Below are positions 18,985 through 27,965 of a stretch of 64,000 nt of DNA, in pieces. Origin of the DNA: Methanomassiliicoccales archaeon (lineage in GTDB: Archaea > Thermoplasmatota > Thermoplasmata > SG8-5); the NCBI GenBank assembly GCA_030612505.1, contig JAUWNU010000001.1, positions 1,233 through 65,232 of the forward strand. The letters are read 5' to 3'. Numbering within the stretch: position 1 is the first letter of the stretch; every line of letters begins with the position of its first letter. Under the pieces are notes generated by a model. That model saw only the letters and a list, made by a program, of their open reading frames with translations, made no database searches and was not told where the DNA came from. The translations under genes and the position numbers were made by a program.

Positions 18985-19485
18985 TCATTTTATATTGTTC
19001 AGGCCTTCACATTTTGGAAAATTTGGATACTGATTGCATTCTTTGCATGTCTTGAGCATTTTTTTACTATTGAACAGGTTGTAGCCAATAGCAATTGCCA
19101 GGAACATGCCAATCAGTATATATTGCTCTGGTTGTGGGGCCAGCCATATGGAATACAGAATAGATGCCAATGAAATTCCTAAAATAACCCTGGACACAAT
19201 CTGCATGCTTTTTGGAAGTTTGTCCTTATAAACTATCTTTCTTATGGAATTAATCAGGAACATGGCCAGTGCTATGTAGAAAGCCATGAGATACTCAATT
19301 GAATGCAAGTCTGAAAGAAAAAATAGCAAAGCTAGAGCAATTACTGCCGAGGGGTAGATGACAAAACATCCTAGACATAGCCTCCAGCCCCGTATATTCA
19401 AGGTATGACTGGAAAAAATATCACATGAAGGATGATGGGCCAGCAGAAAAGGATTGTTTTTGAAATATTCCTTCAATCGACCCAT
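18985..19485 (-). CDS. DUF2085-like Cys/His-containing membrane protein
   Basis: LLAHHPSC...LCLGC, four TM helices, C-terminal CKEC...C. Confidence 0.6.
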   Translation of the reverse strand: MGRLKEYFKNNPFLLAHHPSCDIFSSHTLNIRGWRLCLGCFVIYPSAVIALALLFFLSDLHSIEYLMAFYIALAMFLINSIRKIVYKDKLPKSMQIVSRVILGISLASILYSIWLAPQPEQYILIGMFLAIAIGYNLFNSKKMLKTCKECNQYPNFPKCEGLNNIK

Positions 19486-19534
19486 ATTAGCACTCCGAAC
19501 ATGTTTATATATTCGCCGAATAAGCTATATTCAG

Positions 19535-20170
19535 CTACTGTGCAACCTGCTTGCCGCAGTGTGGACAATTATTGTAACTTGCCGGTATCTGCTGTCCGCA
19601 TCCTGTGCACACCCGGGAACCACTATTTTGCTGATCATGCCCAACCGATGCTTTGCCACAGTGGGGACAGTTGTGGTAATTTGCCAGTATCTGCTGTCCG
19701 CATCCAGTGCATATTCTCTGTGGTGGCGGTGGTGTACCATACCCTGGCGGTGGCGCTCCATATCCTGGCGGTGGTGGCATATAACCTGCCCCTCTTGTTG
19801 CGTTTATCAAATCATCAAATTTCATGTAGGCAATTAAAAGAATAATACCGGGAATCATGTTTATAAATATAAGGCCTACAATCATCCAGATAAGTGTCTT
19901 TGATTTTGCCTGCTCATATTGACCCTGGTCTATCATTTCATTTATCTTAGTGCAATTAATATAGAATAGGAATCCAAGAATCACCGGAATAATACCAACT
20001 ATCAGGAGAGGCCAAAAGATAAGCGCTAGCCAGATCATTATAATCATTCCAATTATAGCCATGATTATTCCAAATATGCCAGCAATATTAACAAGGCTCT
20101 TGATAGAATCCACTTCTGGCGGTGTCATACCATAGGGCATTGGCGGCTGTTGATAGTACTGTCCAGTCAT
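19535..20170 (-). CDS. Membrane protein with PPPGYG repeats and double zinc ribbon
   Basis: 3-4 TM helices; (PPPGYG)n; two CTGCGQQI...CPHCGK repeats. Confidence 0.75.
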   Translation of the reverse strand: MTGQYYQQPPMPYGMTPPEVDSIKSLVNIAGIFGIIMAIIGMIIMIWLALIFWPLLIVGIIPVILGFLFYINCTKINEMIDQGQYEQAKSKTLIWMIVGLIFINMIPGIILLIAYMKFDDLINATRGAGYMPPPPGYGAPPPGYGTPPPPQRICTGCGQQILANYHNCPHCGKASVGHDQQNSGSRVCTGCGQQIPASYNNCPHCGKQVAQ

Positions 20171-20252
20171 TTTATTACCTTCCTAATTTAATCATTATGA
20201 GTTTAAACACATTATATTACAGATATATCAAACTTGCGAAAGCAGGCAATTC

Positions 20253-21011
20253 TTACTTACCCTGTATCTTCTGCAGATTATTTGCCCGTCTATTGTAGTT
20301 CAGGGCTTCTGCTTCATGGTTCTTGCTGCGTTCCAGTAATGCCTTTGCCTTCTGGCGTTTGGCTGCTGCCTTCTGTGTGTTCTTGGCAGAATTTGACATC
20401 CAGCTGCTGGATTTGCTCTTCATCCTTGCTGCTTTGGTCTTGAGTTTCGCAACCCTCACCCTGGTGCGCTCTGCCTTTCCGTCCTCAAGATATTCCAGAT
20501 CTGCCTGTTTATCATCGGCCTTGGCCATTGCATTCTTGCCTTTTTCGATGTATCTTTCGGCTTTACGCCTGGCCTTATTAGAATTTTCCTGGTACTTGAT
20601 CATGGCAGCTTCCTCTGTCATGTATTTTTTGAAAAGCTTTGCTTCCTCCGCACTGTGTTTGGCTGCCCTCTGCCTGAGAATTGTAACATCATGATATTCA
20701 GCAGCCCGCATCTTGTCATGTCTGGTATGGGCAATTTCAGCCTCAATATCTTTTTCCTGTTTTGGCTCTTCAGTCAATTCTTCTGATTCTGATGTGCTGG
20801 GTGTTTCATCTGCCGGCATCAAATAATCATGGGAATATGCTGCTTTCGAGTCATCATTCGAAAGCAGAGCCGCACTCTCCTTTTTCACTGGAGGAAGTTC
20901 TTCTTTCATCTGCGATTGCGAAGTTTCCTCTTCTTTCTTCTTACTGATGGCCTTTCCACCGCCATAGAATATCTCATCTTCCTCTTCCAAATCTGAGCTC
21001 ATAATTATCAA
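20253..21011 (-). CDS. Hypothetical protein with acidic N-terminus and Lys/Ala-rich coiled coil
   Basis: Long ORF; amino-acid composition only. Confidence 0.65.
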   Translation of the reverse strand: MIIMSSDLEEEDEIFYGGGKAISKKKEEETSQSQMKEELPPVKKESAALLSNDDSKAAYSHDYLMPADETPSTSESEELTEEPKQEKDIEAEIAHTRHDKMRAAEYHDVTILRQRAAKHSAEEAKLFKKYMTEEAAMIKYQENSNKARRKAERYIEKGKNAMAKADDKQADLEYLEDGKAERTRVRVAKLKTKAARMKSKSSSWMSNSAKNTQKAAAKRQKAKALLERSKNHEAEALNYNRRANNLQKIQGK

Positions 21012-21115
21012 GCCTTAATCATGATACCGGATTAAAGCTTTTCCTTTTTCCTCACTTTGATAATTGAAGCTTATAGGTATCAAAGTTAGGAAAAGCGTAA
21101 ATTTGACAACTATAA

Positions 21116-22495
21116 TTATGGATTAATTGTCAAATTTCTGCTTTTTCCTACAACCATGACAGATGCCTCAGCATCGTTAATGATTCTGAGTAATATATCC
21201 CGGCGTATGAAAGGGCTGTTCCAGTTGATGACCACAAGTTGATTGGATTTTGCCCTGACCTTCTGAACGAATTCTATTGTTGGGTCGCCGCGTACAATGT
21301 CTTCAACAACTTCAATACCATATATTCTGGCCATACGCCTGGTGTGTCCTCTAACAATGTCATATTCCACGCTTCCAGAATCATGAATGCACATTGCATA
21401 GAGTTTTGCTCCAGTATCCAGTGCCAGGCTAACTGCGCATCTGGTGCAGCGCTCACCTATCATGCTACTGTCCAGCAAATGAATAACTCGCTCATATTTT
21501 CTGCCCATAGCTATTAAAATTGAGACATCTGTGTCTGCTATTAAGCGCTTAACAAACTTCATTGGCAGTGAGTGGCCAAACATGCCTTGTTTGGCCTGAT
21601 GGACCGCAACAAGGACCCCATCATCCTTTCCAAAGGTTTTCACAAGGGCCATGAATTCTTCCAGCAAGTTGCCGATTATTGGCTTGTATTCGCCTTGAAC
21701 TCTTGCCTTTTCAAGAATTGTCCGGGCCTTGTTCAGCAAGTCATTATCTTCATGGCGATAGACCAGCTGGCAAGCCACTTTGAACCTGGTGCAGAGGAAA
21801 GCAACCTCTTTCAGCCCCTTAATGTCATCTGCAGATTGCAGAAGGTAAACTACCTTGGTTCTGGGGATGTACTGGCTTGAACTACCAGCCAGGGTTTCAA
21901 ATATCTCCACATCAATCTCACCCATAGATACCATGGAAAGAATATCTCCTTCCTTCAGAACCAATGAAGGATTTGGTTTTTGCAAATTTTGACCTTTTCT
22001 CACGGCTGCAATTATGCAATTAGGTGGCAAATTAATGTCCTTGATGCGAGTGCCCAGCACCGGAGACTCTTTGGTTATGACAATATCGGTGATGGTCTCC
22101 ATTGTTGGAAACACCTCTTCGTGAATCGCATTGATAGTTTCATTCACTGGTGAAATTAAGTGTGTAACGCCGGCTTCTTTCAATTTCTGACGATAGCTTT
22201 CATCATGTATTTTTGCTACAATCTTTTTGACTCCAAACTCGCTGGCTACCAATGCTGCCTTCCAATTTACATAGTCCTTGCTTGTAACGAGAATCAGAGC
22301 TTCTGCGGTTTCAATTCCTGCCTTCATGAGTACCTCTGGCTGCTTGCCATCTCCGCCAATGACCTGCCAGTCCGGGTGCTCTCTCCGTATGATAGTGCAT
22401 TTTGCCGGGTCTGCCTCCACCAGAATTGTATTGTCCAGCCTATCCATGAGCTCCATGCCAACTGTGCCAGCTCCCAGGATTATGATATTATTCAT
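21116..22495 (-). CDS. TrkA/RCK regulator (TrkA-N, TrkA-C) fused to USP-like domains
   Basis: IIILGAGTVG Rossmann motif; GTRIKDINLPPNCIIAAVR RCK-C; C-terminal GDP...LVVI...ASVMVV is USP-like. Confidence 0.75.
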   Translation of the reverse strand: MNNIIILGAGTVGMELMDRLDNTILVEADPAKCTIIRREHPDWQVIGGDGKQPEVLMKAGIETAEALILVTSKDYVNWKAALVASEFGVKKIVAKIHDESYRQKLKEAGVTHLISPVNETINAIHEEVFPTMETITDIVITKESPVLGTRIKDINLPPNCIIAAVRKGQNLQKPNPSLVLKEGDILSMVSMGEIDVEIFETLAGSSSQYIPRTKVVYLLQSADDIKGLKEVAFLCTRFKVACQLVYRHEDNDLLNKARTILEKARVQGEYKPIIGNLLEEFMALVKTFGKDDGVLVAVHQAKQGMFGHSLPMKFVKRLIADTDVSILIAMGRKYERVIHLLDSSMIGERCTRCAVSLALDTGAKLYAMCIHDSGSVEYDIVRGHTRRMARIYGIEVVEDIVRGDPTIEFVQKVRAKSNQLVVINWNSPFIRRDILLRIINDAEASVMVVGKSRNLTINP

Positions 22496-23712
22496 TGAGC
22501 ATCAGCCCCTGGGAAAGTCTTGCGGAATAGAATTGGCGAGACAATGCTGGTAATAACACCTACCAGAATGATGACACTTTTAAGAGACTGATCAATGAGT
22601 CCCATTTCTTCACCTACTTGTGCGGCTGCGATTATTAGGCTGAGCCTGGCTGCTAGCAAAATACCTATTCCAAGGGCTTTTCTTCTGCCGTATTGAGGGA
22701 TATAAATCATGCTTGGCAATATCTTGACCAGATAGGCAACAATCAATAGCACGGGAATGAACAGAAGTGACTGAGATTCTAATATGCTCTTGAAATCGAA
22801 TGTCAACCCTAAATGAATGAAAAAGAATGGAATAAAGAAGCCGAATCCCAATCCAGAAAGCTGTTTTTCAAGTAACTCGCGCTTTTGAAATATTAAAGTG
22901 AGAACAACGCCTGCCAGGAAAGCCCCCAGTATGGCAATGGATTCTGAACCTTCCTCTCCTAACATGCCGGATATTGCCACAAATATGAACAATATGGCAA
23001 TTGAAGCACGGACTCCTATCTCTGTTGGGTCGTCCATACGGAAAAAGCGAGCCAGCATATTGGGAAATCGCCAGATTGCAGCCCTTCCAACAAGGTAAAT
23101 CGCTATGAATAAGGCAAGCAAGAAGGCCAGGAAAAGCATTGGCAATACTGTTACATTGGCACTGTCACTTCCAAAGCTAAATCCTATGGTGTAAAGCATC
23201 AGCAAGGTCATGGTTGCGAAATCCGCAAAAATAGCAGCCAGTAATATGGCCTGGCCTTCATCTGTTTTGGAAGACCTTCGTTCCCTGAGTGTTGGTACTA
23301 CAACCCCTACGGATGTTGTGCTGAGCACCAGGGCCAGGAAGAATGTATCCACACCAGCCAGTTCTACAAATACTCCTGAAAGAAAGCTGATGGCAAGATA
23401 TGATAGAATAAGAGTTGCCTCAAATAGCATTGCTGCCTTGAGTAGAGTTTTCGGGCCTTGGGAGAATATGATATTCAGGTCGATTTCCAGACCAGCCAGG
23501 AACATCAGGAATATCAGACCAATTAATGAAAGAAATTTAAGAGATTCGCCGAATTCCACAGGCCCATCACCAACAAGCCAACTATACAGTGCCACGCCTA
23601 TTCCCACAATAAGTCCGAAAATTATCTCTCCCACTACTATGGGTATGCCTATGCGCTCGCATACCAGAGGCGCTATGAAGGCCAGCAGGGCAACAATAAC
23701 CAAAATTATCAA
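22492..23712 (-). CDS. CPA2-family cation:proton antiporter (Kef-like)
   Basis: IPIVVGEIIFG, LMFLAGLEID, STTSVGVVVPTL, ILGAFLAG; ~12 TM helices. Confidence 0.9.
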   Translation of the reverse strand: MIILVIVALLAFIAPLVCERIGIPIVVGEIIFGLIVGIGVALYSWLVGDGPVEFGESLKFLSLIGLIFLMFLAGLEIDLNIIFSQGPKTLLKAAMLFEATLILSYLAISFLSGVFVELAGVDTFFLALVLSTTSVGVVVPTLRERRSSKTDEGQAILLAAIFADFATMTLLMLYTIGFSFGSDSANVTVLPMLFLAFLLALFIAIYLVGRAAIWRFPNMLARFFRMDDPTEIGVRASIAILFIFVAISGMLGEEGSESIAILGAFLAGVVLTLIFQKRELLEKQLSGLGFGFFIPFFFIHLGLTFDFKSILESQSLLFIPVLLIVAYLVKILPSMIYIPQYGRRKALGIGILLAARLSLIIAAAQVGEEMGLIDQSLKSVIILVGVITSIVSPILFRKTFPGADAQ

Positions 23713-23856
23713 TGGTTCGATATAACTTCCTCCTCACTAAACATGCCAGACATTGTAATGCATTACAGAATATATATTGATTATTACATTATACAAAATG
23801 ACAATTTTGGGAATATACTTATAAACTCATACTGGCTAATGAATATTAGGTATGAT

Positions 23857-24102
23857 ATGAACGAAGAAGCATTAATTAAAATTAAACAGGCATTGGATAA
23901 TTCCATATGCCCCCATGGCTGCAAATGCTATCGAATTAAGCCGGATGAGATATGCAAGGCCAGGGTAACCGATCTAGAAAATCTATTGGAATGCCTTGAG
24001 GATGAACCAGAACACTGCACATTCTCAATGGCCTTCGGCGGCATATATTATTGCAAGTGTCAGGTGAGAATCGAATTGGCAAAAATTTTGAATGAATCAT
24101 GA
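23857..24102 (+). CDS. Small Cys-rich hypothetical protein
   Basis: CPHGCKC...IC...ECL...C.FS..FG..YYCKC, 8 Cys in 81 aa. ATG 23857 chosen as start. Confidence 0.6.
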   Translation: MNEEALIKIKQALDNSICPHGCKCYRIKPDEICKARVTDLENLLECLEDEPEHCTFSMAFGGIYYCKCQVRIELAKILNES

Positions 24103-24318
24103 TTTAGAAATAATTTCTTCGCTAGCCTTTTTCAGACCGCCAGGGCCTTTAGCCAGTACAAAATTCAACCCAACTTTTTCTGCAACCAGTCTATCGCTTT
24201 CAAAGTCCCCTACAAACCAGGATTTTGCATAGTCAATGTCATACTTATCATTGACCTTGTCGAACATGAAGATTATGGCATGGATGCCTTTTTTGAACGG
24301 TTCTTTTCTTTTAATCAT
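24097..24318 (-). pseudogene. Chimeric fragment: membrane-protein N-terminus fused to a gmhB C-terminus
   Basis: MIKRKEPFKKGIHAIIFM matches the start of 24332-24766; FDKVNDKYDIDYAKSWFVGDFESD matches the end of GmhB. Confidence 0.75.
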
Positions 24319-24331
24319 GAGAATACCGAAT

Positions 24332-24766
24332 TTAGCCAATTTCTATGCAATCATGGTCATCTGTTTTCACCAAGTCCAATATGAACAAAACGAGATTCAA
24401 TACCTGTATTGCTACGATAATCGTAACCAGGGCGTAAAGCAGCCTTTCATTCTCTATGGTAGCGATGGTAAAAATAAATGCAAATACAAAAGGAATGGCA
24501 AAAGTAGCCCCCGCAAGCCTCACCACTAATTCATATTTCTGGATTTTTTCTTTATCCCGGTTCTTGATATCCAATTTGTAGGCGTAATAAAAACACAGAC
24601 CCATCAGGAAGAGAGAGATAAATACCAATATTACCCAGAACACCTGATTAAAAGAATTGTCTGGGCCAAGCCGAATAAATAAAAAGAGGATACCCAATAA
24701 AACAACACCGTACATGATGATTATGGCATGGATGGCTCTTTTAAAGGGTTCTTTTCTTTCGAACAT
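24332..24766 (-). CDS. Four-TM hypothetical membrane protein
   Basis: Four hydrophobic segments. Confidence 0.7.
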   Translation of the reverse strand: MFERKEPFKRAIHAIIIMYGVVLLGILFLFIRLGPDNSFNQVFWVILVFISLFLMGLCFYYAYKLDIKNRDKEKIQKYELVVRLAGATFAIPFVFAFIFTIATIENERLLYALVTIIVAIQVLNLVLFILDLVKTDDHDCIEIG

Positions 24767-24802
24767 GGAAATCCTACCTTTGACTTTCTAACCTCGCAAC
24801 TA

Positions 24803-25300
24803 TCAACCTATAATGTTTTTCAGTATTTCTTCAACCGCCTTCCTCAACCCGCCGTCGCCCCTTGCCAGCTTGAACCTCAATCCCATTCTCTCCGCTATCT
24901 CCCGGTCGCTTTCAAAGTCCCCCACAAACCATGAATTTGCATAGTCCACGTCATACTTCTCATTGACCTGGTCGAATAATCCAGTTTCAGGCTTTCTGCA
25001 TTTGCAATTGTCCTCTGGAGCATGGGGACAGTAAAACACTTCCTCCACAATTCCGCCGCCTTCCTCTATCTCGAAAAGCATATTGTTGTGAATGACCTCA
25101 AGTCCCTCTTCTGTCAAGAGTCCCCGGCCAATTGGTGACTGATTGGTAATAATAATAATCTTGTAGCCAGCTCCAGATATTTCTGCTATGGCCTTTATTG
25201 CGCCTTCCAGGAACTCAAATTCTGGCCATGAAAGTACATACTTCCCAAGCTCGAGACGGTTAATGACTCCATCACGGTCCAGAAAGACAAATTTATCCAC
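24803..25300 (-). CDS. gmhB: D-glycero-D-manno-heptose 1,7-bisphosphate phosphatase
   Basis: FLDRDGVIN, TNQS, CPHAPEDNCKCRKP, VGD. Confidence 0.9.
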   Translation of the reverse strand: MDKFVFLDRDGVINRLELGKYVLSWPEFEFLEGAIKAIAEISGAGYKIIIITNQSPIGRGLLTEEGLEVIHNNMLFEIEEGGGIVEEVFYCPHAPEDNCKCRKPETGLFDQVNEKYDVDYANSWFVGDFESDREIAERMGLRFKLARGDGGLRKAVEEILKNIIG

Positions 25301-25886
25301 GCCTGGCCAACTCCTCTTCCTTGAGCATTAGAGTTGTCAAATGGTCAACAAGCATGTGTATGTCTTCGGTTTTCTGCATATTGTGAACTGGCACAATGAG
25401 GCATAAATCTACCATATCCTTAATCTTGCCGCCGTCAAAGCCAGTTATTCCCACAGTGGTCCCATCATTCTCGTTTGCATAGCTTATTGCCCGCAGCACA
25501 TTCTCGGAATTTCCGGAGCCAGAGATTCCAACAACAATATCCCCCGGTTCCATGAGATTCTTCAATTGCTCTATGAAAATGTCCTCATAACATGAATCAT
25601 TACCCCATGCCAGCATCTGTGGAATATTATCCGCAAGACTCAGTACCTTAAAACGAGGTACCCCTTCAACAATTGTGCCTTTGGCCAGGTCGCTGGTGAA
25701 GTGAGAAGCTGTTGAAGCACTTCCACCATTGCCGCAAAAAAATATTTTGCGATTATCTGCCCTGGCTTCCATGAAAATGGTGGCCAGTTGGTCAAAAAAA
25801 TCTGCATTATTCACCTTGATATCCTCAAGTATCCGGATAATATCGTTCAGGTAGTCGTTTATAAATTTTTCACGGAATTCATTCAT
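25293..25886 (-). CDS. gmhA: Phosphoheptose (sedoheptulose-7-P) isomerase
   Basis: CGNGGSASTASHF, GND, ISGSGNSENV, EDIHM. Confidence 0.9.
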   Translation of the reverse strand: MNEFREKFINDYLNDIIRILEDIKVNNADFFDQLATIFMEARADNRKIFFCGNGGSASTASHFTSDLAKGTIVEGVPRFKVLSLADNIPQMLAWGNDSCYEDIFIEQLKNLMEPGDIVVGISGSGNSENVLRAISYANENDGTTVGITGFDGGKIKDMVDLCLIVPVHNMQKTEDIHMLVDHLTTLMLKEEELARRG

Positions 25887-25890
25887 TTTA

Positions 25891-26901
25891 TCAATCTCCG
25901 TTGATTATTGTGGCGCCTTTTTTATCGAAATGGAAGTCCAGCGGGCTTAAACCTTCCTTCACCATGGCCTTGGTAACTGCTTTCTGATGCGGTTTATCAC
26001 AATACACCATGAAGTAACCTCCGCCACCTGCACCTGTGAGCTTACCGCCAAGTGCGCCGTTCTTCTTGGCCAGTTCATACATCTTATCGATTCTGGGATT
26101 AGAAATACCCTTGGCTAGATTTTTCTTGAACTGCCATGATTCGTCCAGAAGTCGCCCGAACTCATTCAGGTCTCCAGACTCTAGAGCCTTCTTAACCTCA
26201 AAAGCTATCTCTTTAATTTTATGAAGTGACTCAACAACTTCTCCCTTATCATCTCTTGTAGATTTATCCTGGCTCTTGAGAATCTTTGAGGACTCGCGGG
26301 TTCTGCCAGTGAAGAAGAGCATGATATCATCCTCCATGCGAACACGAACTTCCCTGGCTATATTGAGAGGTTCAACTTCCACAGTTCCATCTTTATTAAA
26401 TTGCATGAAATTTACACCGCCAAAGGCAGCAGCATACTCATCTTGCTTGCCAATTGGCATCTTCAGTTCATTGTATCCAATATCATATGCCAGTTCAGCT
26501 ATTTCCTGCTTTGTGAGTTTTAATCTCTCAAGCTCATTAATGATATTGATTATATTTACTGTCACAGTGCCAGATGAACCTAATCCAGTGCCCGGCGGAA
26601 TCTCACTTGCCATGAATATATTAAGGCCGCGCTGAACATTAAAATGCTTTAGAACAGCAACTGGAATATCAAGCCCTTTTCCCAGCTTCAGGTCATAAAA
26701 ATCCTTCACAGTATGATGAACCTGCAAATCCGAAGAAATGAGCTGAATTCGGTCATCCAGTCTTATCTCTAGAATGGTGTAAAAATACTTGTTTATGGCT
26801 GCGCTTACAACAACTCCACCATACTTCTCGTAGTATGATGCTAGGTCTGTCCCGCCTCCGCCAAAGCTTATTCTTACTGGTGAACGACTAATCAGTGTCA
26901 T
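25891..26901 (-). CDS. hddA: D-glycero-alpha-D-manno-heptose-7-phosphate kinase (GHMP family)
   Basis: PVRISFGGGGTD, PPGTGLGSSG, GKQD.YAAAFGG, GGKLTGAGGGG. Confidence 0.88.
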   Translation of the reverse strand: MTLISRSPVRISFGGGGTDLASYYEKYGGVVVSAAINKYFYTILEIRLDDRIQLISSDLQVHHTVKDFYDLKLGKGLDIPVAVLKHFNVQRGLNIFMASEIPPGTGLGSSGTVTVNIINIINELERLKLTKQEIAELAYDIGYNELKMPIGKQDEYAAAFGGVNFMQFNKDGTVEVEPLNIAREVRVRMEDDIMLFFTGRTRESSKILKSQDKSTRDDKGEVVESLHKIKEIAFEVKKALESGDLNEFGRLLDESWQFKKNLAKGISNPRIDKMYELAKKNGALGGKLTGAGGGGYFMVYCDKPHQKAVTKAMVKEGLSPLDFHFDKKGATIINGD

Positions 26902-27589
26902 TTATTTCCCTTCTGGCCAGTTCCAGTCCTTCTGGGGTTCCTATATCATAGAACCTCTGGCTGGTCAATAGTCCAAAAAGGCGACCTGTATTTATTAATT
27001 TTGGGAATATGGATTCCTCCAGGGAAAATATACGTCCAGGCGCATAATCCAGTATATCTCTGCTGAAAAGTGAAAGTCCGGCTTCCAGGCCGTTCATTGA
27101 GTCCGGCGAATTCTTCTTGATATAGTCCATTATTCGCCCATCTGGCATTATGCGAGTATTGTTTGGCGCGATATTGTCATTGTTCAGATAAATTGAAATT
27201 ACACCCTGGGCATCATTCTCCTCCTGAACTCTTGCCAGATGCCTTAATTCCAGCGGTAAATAACTATCTCCAAATGCAAAGAAGAATTTTTCGTCAAGCA
27301 AATGCCTGGCATTCAGCAGAGCGCCTCCGGTTCCCAGAGGTTCAAGCTCCACAGAATGAACTATTTCAACACCATGCTGGCTGCCGTCTCCAAAATGCTC
27401 TTCAATATGCTCATGAAGATGGCCGGTGCAGAACACGAATTTCTGAATGCCTTGGGCTTTGAAATATTCAACCAGTATCTCCAGAAAAGGACGCTGGCCG
27501 AAGGGAATCATTGACTTGGGAATGTCATATGTTAATGGATGAAGCCTTGTTCCCAGGCCACCGCAAAGAAATACTGCCTGCTTTACCAT
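26888..27589 (-). CDS. hddC: Heptose-1-phosphate guanylyltransferase-like nucleotidyltransferase
   Basis: LCGGLGTRL...PKSM, EPLGTGGAL, FYDIGTPE; operon context. Real start is MVKQ at 27589. Confidence 0.75.
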   Translation of the reverse strand: MVKQAVFLCGGLGTRLHPLTYDIPKSMIPFGQRPFLEILVEYFKAQGIQKFVFCTGHLHEHIEEHFGDGSQHGVEIVHSVELEPLGTGGALLNARHLLDEKFFFAFGDSYLPLELRHLARVQEENDAQGVISIYLNNDNIAPNNTRIMPDGRIMDYIKKNSPDSMNGLEAGLSLFSRDILDYAPGRIFSLEESIFPKLINTGRLFGLLTSQRFYDIGTPEGLELARREINDTD

Positions 27590-27701
27590 AATATCACTTG
27601 TAAACCACCAGGCCTTAAAATATTTGGCGTTCTTATTCATGCCTGTATGTTTCCAAAAGGCCAGTCGCACACCTAACTTCTCGGAACTATCGGTTCCGAG
27701 T

Positions 27702-27923
27702 TTATTAAACACGCGCCACACCCTAATACCGCTGCTTTCGGGTATGGCCCGAAAGCAGAGCAACCTTCAGGTTTGCGGATACAGGGTGCTCATCAAAATG
27801 ATATATTTCATTTTATTGGATTGGCGTGTTTTTAATAAGGGCTCCCAGGTATCCGATAGGGATACCGCTGCTTTCGGGCGTTAACCCGAAAGCAGACCAT
27901 CCTTTAGGGTGGGGAGCCCTCAT
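27702..27923 (+). mobile_element. Protein-free IS200/IS605-like element / candidate stand-alone omega-RNA, copy 2
   Basis: Nested stems; agggctccc (~27838) pairs with terminal gggagccct; ends cctttagggtggggagccc TCAT. Confidence 0.55.
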
Positions 27924-27965
27924 TTGATTAGAAATGTACGGTATGCGACGATCATTCACGCGTTA

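Noticed and set aside
27590-27763. N-terminal extension of hddC in the ORF track
   Set aside because: It runs through the promoter and the structured element; homology starts at MVKQAVFL.
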